64,000 nucleotides of DNA. Origin: Octopus sinensis. Its lineage: Eukaryota. A program made the position numbers and the translations under genes. Under the pieces are notes generated by a model. That model saw only the letters and a list, made by a program, of their open reading frames with translations. It did not search any database and was not told the DNA's origin. Positions within the stretch are counted from its first letter, which is position 1, and each line of letters starts with the position of its first letter. The DNA is taken from the NCBI RefSeq assembly GCF_006345805.1, contig NC_043000.1, positions 122,698,001 to 122,762,000 on the forward strand, written 5' to 3'. Positions 36,640 to 50,839 of the stretch are shown piece by piece.

Positions 36640-37092
36640 CAGCACTGGGTTGAATGCCTGGTTAAATGAGCAAATCCGAGCATCTCTGCTAGTTCCTCAA
36701 CAGTTACGATCGGATTTTGTTCCACCAGAGTTTGCAGGTCGTCCTCATCGAGCTCTACAGATCTTCCAGGACGAGGGTCGTGTTCTAGGCTTTAGTTTCC
36801 AGCTCAGAATTTCTGGGACCACCGTTGACACTAGCTTATGCTCATTGTCCAATCCCCATATACTGCATTAATATTTCCGTTGTGTTGTTGCCTTTATAAA
36901 CTCATAAAGCAAAATATGCCGAATATGCTCCTTTGTCACTTCCATTATTGCTTTGAAAAAAAATAACTGTTAAAATCGAACTGCACTCTTCAAAACTTGC
37001 CCTAAGAATAAATACAAGGTAAAATCACTACCTGCTTTTATAGCAAGTTGATGCAGGTAGTTTATCCCATCCCCCTCTGACTTTTAGTTCAT
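36640..37092 (-). pseudogene. 5' part of a mariner element (subterminal region and N-terminal HTH domains)
   Basis: MEVTKEHIRHILLYEF and EQNPIVTVEELAEMLGFAH; leader matches 16420-16570 (ACTACCTGC...GCAGGTAGT). Confidence 0.82.
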
Positions 37093-37349
37093 TCGATATA
37101 CTTCGCGGTTGATGGGCTCAACATAAGAGATACATACCCGTCATTTTCTTGGCTACGACGAGAAATCGTTATCAAATGTTATTTAAATCAAATGCAAAAA
37201 GAAAATATTATGCATTTGTCATCGACATTATTAAATAATTAATAAATATTTCATGCACAAGCAGATTGCACTGACAAATCTAAGATAATATTGATGTAGT
37301 TAGATTACAAAATAAAAGTGTACGACATACAGATAAATAAACAAACTGA

Positions 37350-38096
<747 letters not shown>

Positions 38097-38459
38097 GAAA
38101 GTAAAAAATCCGAAAGGCTAAGGAAGAAAACAGGAAATTGATTAAGAAATTGATTTGAAAGAAGGAAAGTGGAAACGTGAATGAGAAATGAAATATTTCT
38201 ATCATCAAGTGAAAAAAAAATTATATAGAAAATTCGATTTCAGTATATTTTATTTTCCAATCTTCACCCCCACAGCAATAGTCATTGCCTTAACAGCCTG
38301 CGAGCTACTTTCGATTCCATCATACGCACAAAATATACGCATATGGATGCATTCATACATGCATACATGCGTTTCTGCATATGTGCATTCATACATCTAT
38401 AATAAACTTTCACACCTAGATACATACAAAATATATACCTATATACAGATATATACACA

Positions 38460-38468
38460 CACACATGC

Positions 38469-38531
<63 letters not shown>

Positions 38532-38713
38532 ATATATATAAACAGAGAGTGATATATATATATATATATACATATTTATATATAATATATATACATATAT
38601 ACATATATATATATATATAAGAGAGAGCAAAGTGTACGTACGCTTCTTAAATATAATTATATATATATATATATATATAAATATATATAGAGAGAGAGAA
38701 ATACATATATATA

Positions 38714-38762
<49 letters not shown>

Positions 38763-38973
38763 GCATGTATGCATGTATGTATGTATGTATGTATATGTAA
38801 GTATGTATGTGTATGCGTGTATGTGCGTGGGTGTGTTTTTATATTTATATATGTATATATATATATGTGTGTGTGTGTGCGTGTTTGTGTGAGATTAATA
38901 ATAATACGTAGATATATATGTACGTCTGTGTATAAATGTTTCAATAACATAGATAATAATAATAATAATAATA

Positions 38974-39006
<33 letters not shown>

Positions 39007-39029
39007 TTATTATATTATTATTATTATTA

Positions 39030-39075
<46 letters not shown>

Positions 39076-39095
39076 TATTATATATTTAATTTTTA

Positions 39096-39148
<53 letters not shown>
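38460..39148. repeat. (TA)n/(TGTA)n mosaic followed by (AAT)7 and a long (ATT)n
   Basis: Direct reading. Confidence 0.93.
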
Positions 39149-39479
39149 GGAACGATAGTATTGATGATGATAATGATGTTTTTTCATCATAATGATATCT
39201 ATTGTGTCTATGAGTCAGTTTGAACGTAGTGTGTGCGTGCGTGTGTGTGTTTGTGTGCCTCTGTGTGTGTGTGTGTGCGCGCGTGTATGTGTTTGTGTGT
39301 GTGTGTGTGTGTGTGTGCGGGCGTACTTGTTGATCTGAAGCCTCCTTTAATGTAGTTGTTAGGTATAATCAGTAATACAGCTCACGTTATTAACATTATG
39401 CCACCGTCACAGCCGTCTACGTCGACGCCTCCAGCATTGCCATACCCTTCGCCATCACTATTGTCTTCCGCCACGACCA

Positions 39480-39768
39480 GCACCATGACCATCCCGCCGT
39501 CGTCGTCGTTGTAGTCACTTTCAACGTGATCATCTTCACCACCACAGCCAATACAGACGCCATTACCACCATCATCTTCATCGTCGTCGTCTTCGAATCA
39601 TCTTAATCACCACCGCCATATTCGGTGTCATCATCATCATCATCATCATCATCTTCATCATCATCATCAACAACATCATCATCGTCATCATCCCCGTCGT
39701 CATCATCATCTCGTCATCATCATCGTCGTCATCATCATCGTCGTCATCATCATCAACATCATCAAAAG

Positions 39769-39802
<34 letters not shown>

Positions 39803-39850
39803 TTCGTCGTCATCATCATCGTCATCATCATCATCAACATCATTGAAATT

Positions 39851-39891
<41 letters not shown>

Positions 39892-40225
39892 TATCATAAT
39901 CATCAACATCATCAAAGTCATCATCATCATCGTCGTCGTTGTCGTCTTCCTCATCGCCGTCGTTATAAGCATGATGTCCACCTCCTCATCATTTGCCCCA
40001 GCATTAGCATTATCAGCATTATTATCCTCACCACCAACATTATTATCATCACCATCATCATCATCATCGTCATCATCTTCATAATCATCATCATCATCTC
40101 CAGCAGTCTTTAGCTATCCTCTTCATTATAAACACCAGCATCATCAGTTTCACCATCATCATCATCATCATATCGTAACCCCCATCTCCACCTCCACCAC
40201 CAGTACCATCATCATCATCATCATC
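39480..40225. repeat. Degenerate (CAT)n/(CGT)n low-complexity tract
   Basis: Direct reading. Confidence 0.92.
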
Positions 40226-40626
40226 AACGTTGCTATTATCGACCATATTATTGTGATATTTACTTTCTAATCCATACAATCTAATAAACAAACAACAGTA
40301 ATAAAAAAAAAATTCGAAGAAAAAAAAAAGCAAGTGATATTGGTGTTTACGCGAAATTGCGTGCGTGTATGTGTGTATATATGTGTAATTCAGACATGTC
40401 GCGTCATCTAGCGGAGTGTTACTTAAGCAAACAAACGCACTTATTCAAACGATTAGCTTAAAGACGCAGATATATATATATATACGTGCACGCGTATGCA
40501 TGTAGCATACACACGCATCAAAACACATGTACGCATGCACTCATTTATTTCATATAAACACTTGCATTCATATTAAAATAAACGTGTTTCTGTATAGATG
40601 CGTATAATTTACACATACATACATGT

Positions 40627-40722
<96 letters not shown>

Positions 40723-40955
40723 GAGAGAGAGATAGAGAGAGAGAGGGGGAGAAAGAGAGAGAGGAGGAAGGAGAAATATAGATAGCTATATATATATAAT
40801 ATATATATATATATATAATATATATATATATGTATATATATACATGTATGCATGTATGTAAATAGACTATTTTTGCGATCATGTGAGAGGGAGGTATGCT
40901 TAGTCATCTCAATGAGTACACGGCAAAAATCTAAGACGGTCACGTACAGACATTC

Positions 40956-40997
<42 letters not shown>

Positions 40998-42412
40998 GTA
41001 TGTATGTATATATGTATGTATATGTATGTATGCGTGTATGCGTGTATATTTATATATATATGTCTGTATTTGTCTCTATAGATATAATGTAAAGTTTGTG
41101 GCATTGTATATAAAGAATATCATTGTTATCATTGTCTAAGAAGAGGGGCCAAAGTTAGGTTGATAAAAAAATTTAACCAGATAACACACGATCTACTCGT
41201 AAGCAATGGAGAACCGAGTCAGAAGTTTGTTTCAATAGCAAAGGTTGCCTGGAGAAAATTCTCCACTGTAGATATTTGATCAGTTCGTATCAAAAGCAAT
41301 CTCAATATTGATCAAACACGGTTTGCATTACACAGTATCATATGATGTTCTTCAATCTTGCCAGCCAATATCTCAGTATTGCTACGTGTCCGTTCTATAG
41401 GACGCTGGCGGAACCATATTACATAGAGGCCTAGCCATTTGTCATCGAGATTAGATACTGGCGGCGTATTGGCTAAAACCGGTGATTTGTGAAAATAATG
41501 CTGAATGTAAATCAACATGAAACTATGTGGATAAACAAACAGAAAGAAAAGAGGATAGGAAAAAAAACACAAACACAGAATAAACAAGATCGACATCAAA
41601 ATTATCTGATGATCAAAGATTTGTTCATATATATATATATACATTTATATATATGTTATAAATATATCTTTCTGTGAATATATGCGTGTGTATTTCATAC
41701 GTGTGTGTGTTTTTGTGTATATTTATATATCATGTGATATATTTGTATACATATCTCTAACTATATTTTCCAGACTTTTTTATATAGAAATTTATGTACA
41801 GATACAGACAGACATGTGTACCTATAGATTTGTAGGTGTATATATATATATATATATATCTGTGTGTGTTTGTATATATATATATATGCATACATATATA
41901 TGTGTGTGTGTATGTATGTATATATATATCTTGTGATAAATTGATAAACTCGAGACAGTGTATTCAGTCATATTTATAATACATTTGTTAAAATAACTTA
42001 TATATTGGGTACATCTCTATTTTATATAACGAAATATATTATTCATAAATCTGCTGTAGAATTCTCTACATTCCCAGTAAGCAACTCCACGTCATTGAAA
42101 TCCGAGTTCTCCCTCTATACTCCTCGAATAATGATGCTTCGGTGCTATACTCCTACTTTGTATTTGGTTACCTGTACTACATTCGTCAATAACCCCACAT
42201 TCACTTTATTCACTACATTAAAATTTGCCTCTCTCTCTCTCTGAGACTTCTCTGTGGCTTCTCTTTAGTCAATGAAAGCAGAGTATAAACATTGAGAATA
42301 AGCGAATATATTAATCAAACAATTAACAACCACAAGCAGACCTTGGATTCAGTCAATCTACTGACGTCGACGATAATTTGCGTAATGGGTGTGTATAATA
42401 TATATATATATA

Positions 42413-42657
42413 TAGGGTGTTTAAAAACTCTATCCGCAGTAAGGATTTAATGGTTTTCGAGAAATTACTATACAATGATCCTTTACTTGCTTCTCAGACA
42501 AAAAAAAAACAAAATCTGCCCGTGTCAAATCAGGTGATCTTGGTGAGCAAAGTCCCTTCGAAATAATACGTTCACCGAAAAACTTTTGAAGTACGCCATG
42601 GTGATGCAGAGGATGGAAAAAAAAAACTCCCTGCCGAGAGACATTCTGAACACACTG
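42413..42657 (-). mobile_element. Small deleted Tc1/mariner-superfamily element (maT/DD37D-like) in (TA)n
   Basis: Degenerate TIRs TAGGGTGTTTAAAAACTC / GAGACATTCTGAACACACTG; minus-strand FGERIISKGLCSPRSPDLTRADF (W-P-P-R-S-P-D-L-T-like). Confidence 0.7.
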
Positions 42658-42705
42658 TGTATGTGTGTGTGTGTGTTTATATATATATATATATATACAT
42701 ATATA

Positions 42706-43810
42706 GGGGGAGAATTCACGGAAAAACAAAAGATGAAGATAGGTGGTGTAGAAAACAAATAGATGTATTAGTATAACGCTCAGGAATAGAAAAAGTCTTT
42801 TACGTTTCGAGCCTACGCTCGAAAGGAGAGAAACAAGGAGAGAGAAAATGTTTGTAGAGGCTACCGACCATTCATGGTGACTGCCGGACAGAAAGGTCAC
42901 ATAGGAGTGCGAAGAAGTAGGGGAGATAACAAAGTAAAGATGATCCCCAAAACGTAGGTGCGTGTGTGTGTGTGTAAGATAGTACGTATGTGCGTGTGAT
43001 AGAGTGCTGGTGGTCTTGACGTGTGCGTGTGTGTATGTGTAGGTGTAGGTGTGAAAATGTGGGGAGGGGAATTGGTCAGTGCTGGTGTGTGTGTGGTGTG
43101 TTGTGATGTGTAGTGTGGTATGGTGTAGTGTGGTGTGGTGTGATATTGTTGGGAGGTGGGGAAGGTGAGAGTGGGGAAAGCACGTGTGGGGTGTGGGTTA
43201 GGCTGAGGATTGCGGTAGACTTGGGGTATGTGGGTAGGTAGAGGGGGTAAAGGTGGGGTTTGTGGGTAGGCAGGGTGTGGGGGTAGAGGTGGGTATGTGG
43301 AAGAGGGTGTGAGGGATGGGATGGGGTTGGATGGGAAGGATAGGGAAGGTGGAGTAAGAATGCGTAGGGGTGGAGTGGGCTTATAGGGGAGGGTTGACGA
43401 TGAAGTAGGAAGGGGAAGGTGGGTATGAGAGAAGAGAGTAAGAGAGAAGAGAAAAAGAGAGTAAGAGAGAAGAGAGAAAGAGTGTAAGAGTGAAGAGAGA
43501 AAGAGAGTAGGGGTGAAGAGAAGTAGGAGTGAAGAGAAGTAGGAGTCGGAGCAAGAGAGGAGAGGTGGGTGGGAAAAAGTAGGAGGGAGGAGGAGAGAGG
43601 CAAGGTGAGGAGACTAGAGGAAGAGGAGAGGAGAGTTGAGCTCTTATGACATAAAGGAGCGAAGAGAGAAGATTAATCCATGTTCACGGCGCAAACGGGA
43701 CTCAGGATGGCCTCTGTGCAAGAACAATCCGAACATGGACAGGGGTTGCAAAGAGTGACCGGTAGAGCGGAAATGGCCTGAGACCGGGATGTCATTACCG
43801 AGGCTGAGTA
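42706..43810 (-). mobile_element. 5'-truncated Penelope-like element: GIY-YIG C-terminus, pyrimidine-rich 3' region, terminus at (TA)n
   Basis: 43808-43634 reads LSLGNDIPVSGHFRSTGHSLQPLSMFGLFLHRGHPESRLRREHGLIFSLRSFMS*ELN (PV..HF...GH / RE..LI..L...P.GLN signature); GAGC-GTAG-GCTC-GAAACGTA at 42801-42820. Confidence 0.8.
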
Positions 43811-44134
43811 TTTAACACCATTGTCTTTATCTTTGGATAAACAATGATAACGAGAAGGCTTAATAAGATTATGTGTTTCAACCAGAAATTATGCAATCCC
43901 GAAACAGTTGTAAGTTTTAAAAAGCATAAAATACTATATGTTCTGTGTCTCTTTTTAAAACTATGCATACATACACACACAAATCCACACACACGTATAT
44001 ACACACAAACACCCATACATTATATTGTGTAATTCGAAAGAACTGAAACAAATTCAAACATTGTACAGTTTACGTTGCGCTGAATACGAGAAGAGTAAAG
44101 GCATTGTTTATATAATTTGGGTGTGTGATTTCTC

Positions 44135-44445
44135 ATGGACAAATGGGTAGGTTGTTAAACTTTCGATCGCGAGGTCGTGATTTCAATTCCTGGACCGGAT
44201 GGTGATTGTAGTTTTGAGCAGAACACTTCATCTCACGCTGGTCTGCGATCACTTCGACACCAGACTTGCGGTACACAGTGCACCTTTTCAGGAAAAATCG
44301 ATTTTGCGGAGTGAATAAGGTAATGTATGGCACAAACATTCCATCACTATAAATGAATCATTTGTGTAGTTTGTTCGGCAAAAATTGCTGAAACATCTTT
44401 TTCGGACTACGATAGACTACTGAGCACATCAGTGATTTGTGAGGA
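44135..44445 (+). mobile_element. Diverged tRNA/CORE-type SINE (J-like head)
   Basis: TTTCAATTCCTGGACCGG...TTTTGAGCAGAACACTTCATCTCACG. Confidence 0.6.
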
Positions 44446-44454
44446 AAGCCTTCT

Positions 44455-44852
44455 TATTTCTTTAATGGCCACAAGGGGCTAAATAGAGGGGACAAACAAA
44501 GGAACTAAGTCGATTAGATCGACCCCAGTGCGTAACTGGTACTTAATATATTGACCCCGAAAGGATGAGAGGCAAAGTCGACCTCGGCGGAGTTTGAACT
44601 CAGAACGTAACGGCAGACGAAATACATATTTCTTTACTACCCACAAGGGGCTAAACACGGGAGACAAACAAGGACAGACAGACGATTTAAGTCGATTATA
44701 TCGACCCCAGTCCGTAACTGATACTTAATTTATCGACCCCGAAAGGATGGAAGGCAAAATCGACCTCTGCGGAATTTGAACTCAGAACATAACGGCAGGC
44801 GAAATACCGCTAAGCATTTCGCCCGGCGTGCTAACGTTTCCGCCAGCTCGCT
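44455..44852 (-). mobile_element. SINE dimer A + headless A
   Basis: Junction GAAATACATATTTC at 44619-44632; possible 7-bp TSD GCCTTCT. Confidence 0.87.
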
Positions 44853-45249
44853 GCCTTCTGATGGAGCACTTCATGGTTTGCCGACGGTTTCTTGGAGAAG
44901 CAGTACTTGGCTGCCTTCACTATAAAGCAGTTAGAAATTTTGTATATTTGTGCCTTTGAAAGCTTGTCATTAGCTAAACAATATTTATTTTATCTGCAAC
45001 ACAGAATAAATTGGAAGAAATTAAATCATTTTAAATATTGCAATATAATTTTAAATATGTAAGATAAACGCATTCTTTTTATACTACCGATGTGCTAGAA
45101 AGGGGTTGGTAGTCTTCTACGGACCGTTTCATGACTACTATATAAGCACAGGATCTATGCTATTGATCAGATAAGGAAGATCTGTCAAGAAACTATGAAT
45201 TGTCCATCAGTAGACTATCTCCATCGTTTTACAACACATCAGTTGTATA

Positions 45250-45590
45250 AAGGCGTAGGTGTATGGTTATAAAGCTTGCTTTGAAACCACAGAGCAGCAT
45301 CTTTTGCAAATGTATCCTACCATAGCTCCGGACGTGCAATCTATTTTGAGTGAATTTGGTAGACGGGATCTGTGAGAAATCCCGTCGCATATATATTGAT
45401 GTATGTATGTGCTTGACAGCTGATGTTGGTTTTTTTTACATCACCGTGACAAAGAAGAAGAAACCGATGGAACAAGTAACAAATTTTATAAAATAAGTAC
45501 TCAGGTACTAAACTCTTCAAAGTGGTACTTGAGCAGAGCTTTTGTCCAATAACACTAAAAAGTAATGTATAGAATATAAATGAACTATAT
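45250..45590 (+). mobile_element. Old SINE family C relative
   Basis: GGCGTAGGTGTATGGTTA...TGAATTTGGTAGACGG...ATCCCGTCG; heavily diverged. Confidence 0.55.
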
Positions 45591-46080
45591 ATAAACATTG
45601 TAAAGACACCTAATGTATAGTTTCTACGTGATCTCATCAGCATTCATTTGTTTTCATTTTACTCTCTTTTTTGTTTTGAAACATTTCCACTGCAATAGAG
45701 TCCAATACAGACCATCTCTAACATATCGGTTTTAATGAATATCTTTATTTACAGACTTTGCCGTAGTAAAATGCTATGTAACGATGTAGACAAAATATTT
45801 GGACAATTTGATGTTTCCATTGATGTTATACAACCAGTCAATATGTCTGAAATACGGACGCTGCTATACAAATTATCTAAATTGCCAATGAAATGGAATA
45901 TATTTATTACTGAGATATCCTTAATATTATGATAGTGCATAGGAATCAATATGGTTTCATTAAAATATAATATCATGTGTATCTACGAATCTCAATATCT
46001 GAAGGCAAATCTGACAGCCATCTCTAATATAGATTTGCAGTGCTACTATCTTTCTTAGTATAATAATAATTAACAACACT

Positions 46081-46420
46081 CGGCTGCATTGGGATGTTAG
46101 CCGAGCTTGTGGTTTCAAAACAACAGAAAAGAGTTATGGATACGAACTAGAGCCTGTGATAGGAAATGAATATTACAAGATCTTTGGGACTTCACCATAA
46201 AGACTAACCATACTTTGGAGACAAGAATAACTAGATTTGATTAAAGATGACAAAATAAACAAACGATGTGACATCATAGATTAGTAATTCCCTAAGATAG
46301 CTGAGATGATACCAAAAACTTGAAAAAAAAATTGAGAAATATTAGGATCAGTTAGAGAGCTGAGGAGACTGTGGAAGAGCAAGACAACAATTAATCCTGT
46401 AATAACTCGCACTTGGCACA
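46081..46420 (+). pseudogene. Old R4/Dong-type RLE domain fragment (second, older family)
   Basis: Across frameshifts: RLHWDVSRACGFKTTEK, EPVIGNEYYKI-WDFTIKTNH, KIEKY*D, RELRRLWK...PVI; parallels 9560-9880. Confidence 0.7.
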
Positions 46421-46432
46421 TCACCCACAATA

Positions 46433-46646
46433 CTCTCTCTTTTTATTCTTTTACTTGTTTCAGTCATTTTGACTGCGCTCATGCTGGAGCACCGCCTTTA
46501 GTCGAGCAAATCAACCTCAGGACTTACTCTTTGTAAGCCTAGTACTTATTCTTTCGGTCTCCCTGGCCGAACCGCTACGTTACGGAGACATAAACACACC
46601 AGCATCGATTGTCAAGCGATGTTGGGAGCAGAAGCAACACACACAC

Positions 46647-46679
<33 letters not shown>

Positions 46680-46845
46680 CGACGGGCTTCTTTCAGTTTC
46701 CGTCTACCAAATCCACTCACAAAAATTTGGTCGGCCCGCGACTATAGTAGAAGGCACTTGCCCAAGTTGCCACGCAGTGGGACTGAACCCGAAACCATAT
46801 AGTTCGTAAGCAAGCTACTTACCACACAGCCACTCCTGCGCCTAC
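46433..46845 (-). mobile_element. SINE family C
   Basis: Complete head, CORE-like segment, internal tract and tail. Confidence 0.9.
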
Positions 46846-47240
46846 TATCTAAAATACTAAAAGAAATTGAAAATGAAACTGGCAATAATGTTACAATAAC
46901 TTCCTCATTGTGCAAATGATGTAGTGCTCATAATGGTGTTGGAGAGGATAGGGCTAATTAATGTGTGGGTGATTGTAGATTAGGGAAGAATAAGCTCTAA
47001 GTTTTCACAAACACATTGTACTAATCATGTCTTTTTTATCATATTTTGTCTGAACCCCAGTTTAGGTCGTTCTCTATAGATTACACGTATGCTTCTAATA
47101 TTTCGTGCCACGAGCTCTCACTGGGAAAGAGAAGGTGCCAGTGGATTTGCTCAAGATTTTCCTTGATTAGCAGCGTGTTATTGTTTTGTCTTTTTTTCTT
47201 TTTGTGTTATTTTTTTTATTGTATTTGTTATTTTTATTAT

Positions 47241-47625
47241 CGTTAGTAGCCCGGGCGAAATGCGTAGCCGTATTTCGTCTGCCGTTATGTACTGAGTTCA
47301 AATTCCGCTGAGGTGGACTTTGCCTTTCATCCTTTCGGGGTCGATAAATTAAGTACCAGTTTTCACTGAGGTCGATGTAATCGACTTAATCCGTTTGTCT
47401 GTGTTTGTTTGTCCTCTCTGTGTTTAGCCCCTTGTGGGTAGTAAAGAAATAGGTATTTCGTCTGTCTTTACGTTCTGAGTTCAAATTCCGCCGAGATCGA
47501 CTTTGCCTTTCATCCTTTCGGGGTCGATAAAATAAGTACCAGTTGAACACTCGGGTCGATGAAATCGACTCATCCCCTCCCCTAAAATTTCGGCCTTGTG
47601 CCAAAATTTGAAACCCGTTATTTTT
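47241..47625 (+). mobile_element. SINE dimer A + headless B variant
   Basis: Junction GAAATAGGTATTTC at 47446-47459; second unit has GTCTGTCTTTACG and tail CCCCTCCCCTAAAATTTCGGCCTTGTGCCAAAATTTGAAAC. Confidence 0.87.
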
Positions 47626-48078
47626 TATTCGCCTTTCGAATTACTGTACATAGATTAGATTAGTTTTGTTGAGTCTCAAGCAATCCTCTCTCTCCGTCTC
47701 TCTCTCCGCACTCTTTCTCCACTCTCTCTCCCTCTCTCTATATCTCCCCCCTTCTCTCTCTGTGCTTGCGTGTATGCGTGTGGAATAAGTACATTCATAG
47801 GCGCACACACTCACTCACCCACACATGCATATATATCACATGATCTGATTTGACTAGGACATCAGCGTCACATATGTCATCGGACAAGACTTAAAATCCC
47901 AACAGAATCGAATTTTATATTAGATTTTACTATACTTTAGTACTGAGACTCAAAACTACTAAATGCCCAGTTGTCTTTTTCTTAAATTTGCTTCATAATA
48001 ATAGCATTAAGTAAAAACACACACGTAGACACACACTCTGTTTCTCTTTCTCTCGCTCTCTCTTTCGCTCTCACCCCA

Positions 48079-48146
<68 letters not shown>

Positions 48147-48816
48147 TGTAATATCCTGAAAATTAGTTGCTGTACCAAACCTGTCTTAAAGAGGACAGCC
48201 GTTCCCTCCTATTTAAGATTAATATTCCTGATATTAAACAAAAGAAGAGCTCAATGACGCATGTCCAATATCATGATGTAAGGATATCATTGTGATAAAG
48301 ATATTCCATTTCGTTGGTGATTTGGATATTTATGTCCGTATTTCAAAGCATATTGACTACGATCTGGTGATGCAGCAGAACGTCTAAATGTTTTCTGTAT
48401 TTCCTCTTATAGTATTTTACTGCAGGAAAGCAATGTCTGTAAATGTAGTCACCAGAATTGCTAGATTAGTGATGGCCGCCATTGTATTGAATCTGATTAC
48501 TGAAAAAATTATCATGAGGATGATATACGGATGAGATATGAGATCACACAGAAATTAACATTTCAGGCCACGCTCCGTTGGTAGTTTGTACTTCGTTACT
48601 CCGATTGTTTTCCAATAAGCGGTCCAGCACCAAATGTTGGTCATAATTCATCTCTATACGCACAAATATACACATATAATTTTATAATTTATAAATTGGT
48701 CTTCAAATAAAATATGGATTGTTTACATATTATCGTGAAATAATGATGCTCAATTATTTTGGTGTTGTATAACCTCTGAGGTTTAATCATATATACAACT
48801 CACCCTACCACACACA

Positions 48817-48877
<61 letters not shown>

Positions 48878-49220
48878 TGTGGTGGTAAATGAAAGTCGGA
48901 AGATGGAATATACGAGAATTTTTATTATCAATCACGACAATTGTTTCAAAATCGATGCCTCATTGGTGGGACACTTTACAACTGGTTCAGGAGCATCCAG
49001 GGGTGCAGATATATCTCATCGGATGATAAATGGATACAACTCATTAAAATAACTGTTCCGCAATATATCTTCTCGTTTCGTAGAAAGAAAAGCAGCAAAA
49101 CGAAGGAAATATCTTCATTTACATAGAAGATCAAAAATAAAATCACAGCTGCAAAAATGACGCCAACACGCAATACAACGATAAGAGTATGTATGTATGT
49201 GTGTATATGCATATATCTTG

Positions 49221-49415
49221 ACCCCCTTCGGTCAGACACTGACCATGGGTTTGCACCTAGAGAGTTACCCTCTGAGGCACAAGTCTGGGCAAGGTTGTTT
49301 TTTTTTTATGGAAGACCAGCAGTCGCCCATGCATACCGGCCTCCCCTCTCCACGTCACCGATGTTGTCCAAGGGAAAGGCAAGGGCCGATACAGCTTGGC
49401 ACCTGTGACGTCGCA
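49221..49415 (-). mobile_element. SINE family J, 3' half
   Basis: Reverse complement of the 3' half of 53327-53665; truncated end abuts (TA)n. Confidence 0.85.
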
Positions 49416-49496
49416 TATATATATATATATATATATATATACTAATACATTTGTTTGTTTATACTCCACCTGCCTTCGTCTTTTGTTATATATATA

Positions 49497-49568
<72 letters not shown>

Positions 49569-49585
49569 ATGTGTGTGTGTGTGTG

Positions 49586-49916
49586 TGAAGGCGCATGGTT
49601 CAGTGGTTAGAGTGTCGAGCTTATGATCGTGAAGTTGTGAGATCGAATCCCGGACCGGTCTGCGTGTTGTGTTCTTGAGCAAGACACTTTATTTCACGTT
49701 GCTCCAGATAACTCAGCTGTAGAAACGTGTTGCGAGGTCACTCTTGCCAAGCTGTGTCGGCCTTTGCCTTTCCCTTGGATATAACACTGGTGGTGTGGAG
49801 GAGGGAGGCTGGTATGCACGGATAACTGCTGGTCTTCCATAAACAATCTTGCACGAACTTGTGCCTGGGAGGGTTACTTTCTAGGTGCCATACCATGGTC
49901 TGTGTCGTGACCGAAG
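49586..49916 (+). mobile_element. SINE family J, full length
   Basis: TGGTTCAGTGGTTAG (A box), GATCGAATCCC (B box), TTCTTGAGCAAGACACTT (CORE-like), GCCTTTCCCTTGGAT body, GGTC...GACCGAAG tail. Confidence 0.88.
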
Positions 49917-50019
49917 AAACAAGGAGACAAAATAAAGAAAGAAACAAGGAGACAAAATAAAGAATGTGTAATGGCTTTTCCTCACCATTTAGCTTGTCGT
50001 TCTATTTCCACTATTTCAC

Positions 50020-50290
50020 TTTGGTCACGAGTTCCATTCCCGGTGACATGTCGTGTCTTTGAGCAAGACTCTTTACTTTACGTTTCTCCATTCCACTCAG
50101 CTAGCAAGATGTACCTGTATTTCAAAGAGCGAATCTTGTCACTTTCAGCGTCATGCTGAATCTCCCTGAGAACTACATTAAGGGGACGTGCCTGTGGAGT
50201 ACTCAGCCACTTGCACGTTAATTTCACAAACAGGCTGTTCCATTGATCGGATCAACCGTAACCGTTGGCGTCGCAATCGACGGAGTACCA
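50020..50290 (+). mobile_element. Diverged CORE-type SINE with a different body
   Basis: GAGTTCCATTCCCGG...TCTTTGAGCAAGACTCTTTACTTTACG...CCACTCAGCT. Confidence 0.55.
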
Positions 50291-50379
50291 GTTATGTATG
50301 CATTTATGAATGTAAGGTGTATATACGACTGAATGAACAAACAAGCGTAAGTAGCACTCAACACACAGGTTGTGTTGTA

Positions 50380-50625
50380 TTCATGGTCTAGTGGTTAGAG
50401 CGTCAGGTAGTGAGTTCGATTCCCGGACCGTGTTGTGTTATTAAGCAAGGCACTTTATTTCGCCTTGCTCTAGTTCACTCAGCTGTAGAAATGAGTAGCG
50501 ATGTCACTGGTGCCAAGCTGTATCGGCCTTTGCCTTTCCCTTGGATAACATCGGTGGCACACAAAGAGGAGGCTAGTACGCATGGGCGACTGCTGGTTTC
50601 CCACAAACAACCTTACAGCGTTTCT
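50380..50625 (+). mobile_element. SINE family J, 3'-truncated
   Basis: TGGTCTAGTGGTTAG, GAGTTCGATTCCCGG, GCCAAGCTGTATCGGCCTTTGCCTTTCCCTTGG. Confidence 0.85.
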
Positions 50626-50676
50626 TCAGACCCTAAACCCGTTGGCCTATGATTTCTCTGTAATTTACCGAGGAAT

Positions 50677-50707
<31 letters not shown>

Positions 50708-50788
50708 ATATATAAATGCATACATATTATATATATATGTTTATATATATATATATACATATATATATAACATACATAAATGCATATA

Positions 50789-50839
<51 letters not shown>

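Noticed and set aside
41200-41500. Unique, moderately GC-rich stretch as a host exon
   Set aside because: No recognisable peptide in the frames examined and no clean splice pair.
47660-47960. MITE bounded by GTTTTG(TTG)AGTCTCA / TGAGACTCAAAAC
   Set aside because: The inverted match is short and gapped, with no TSD; may be chance.
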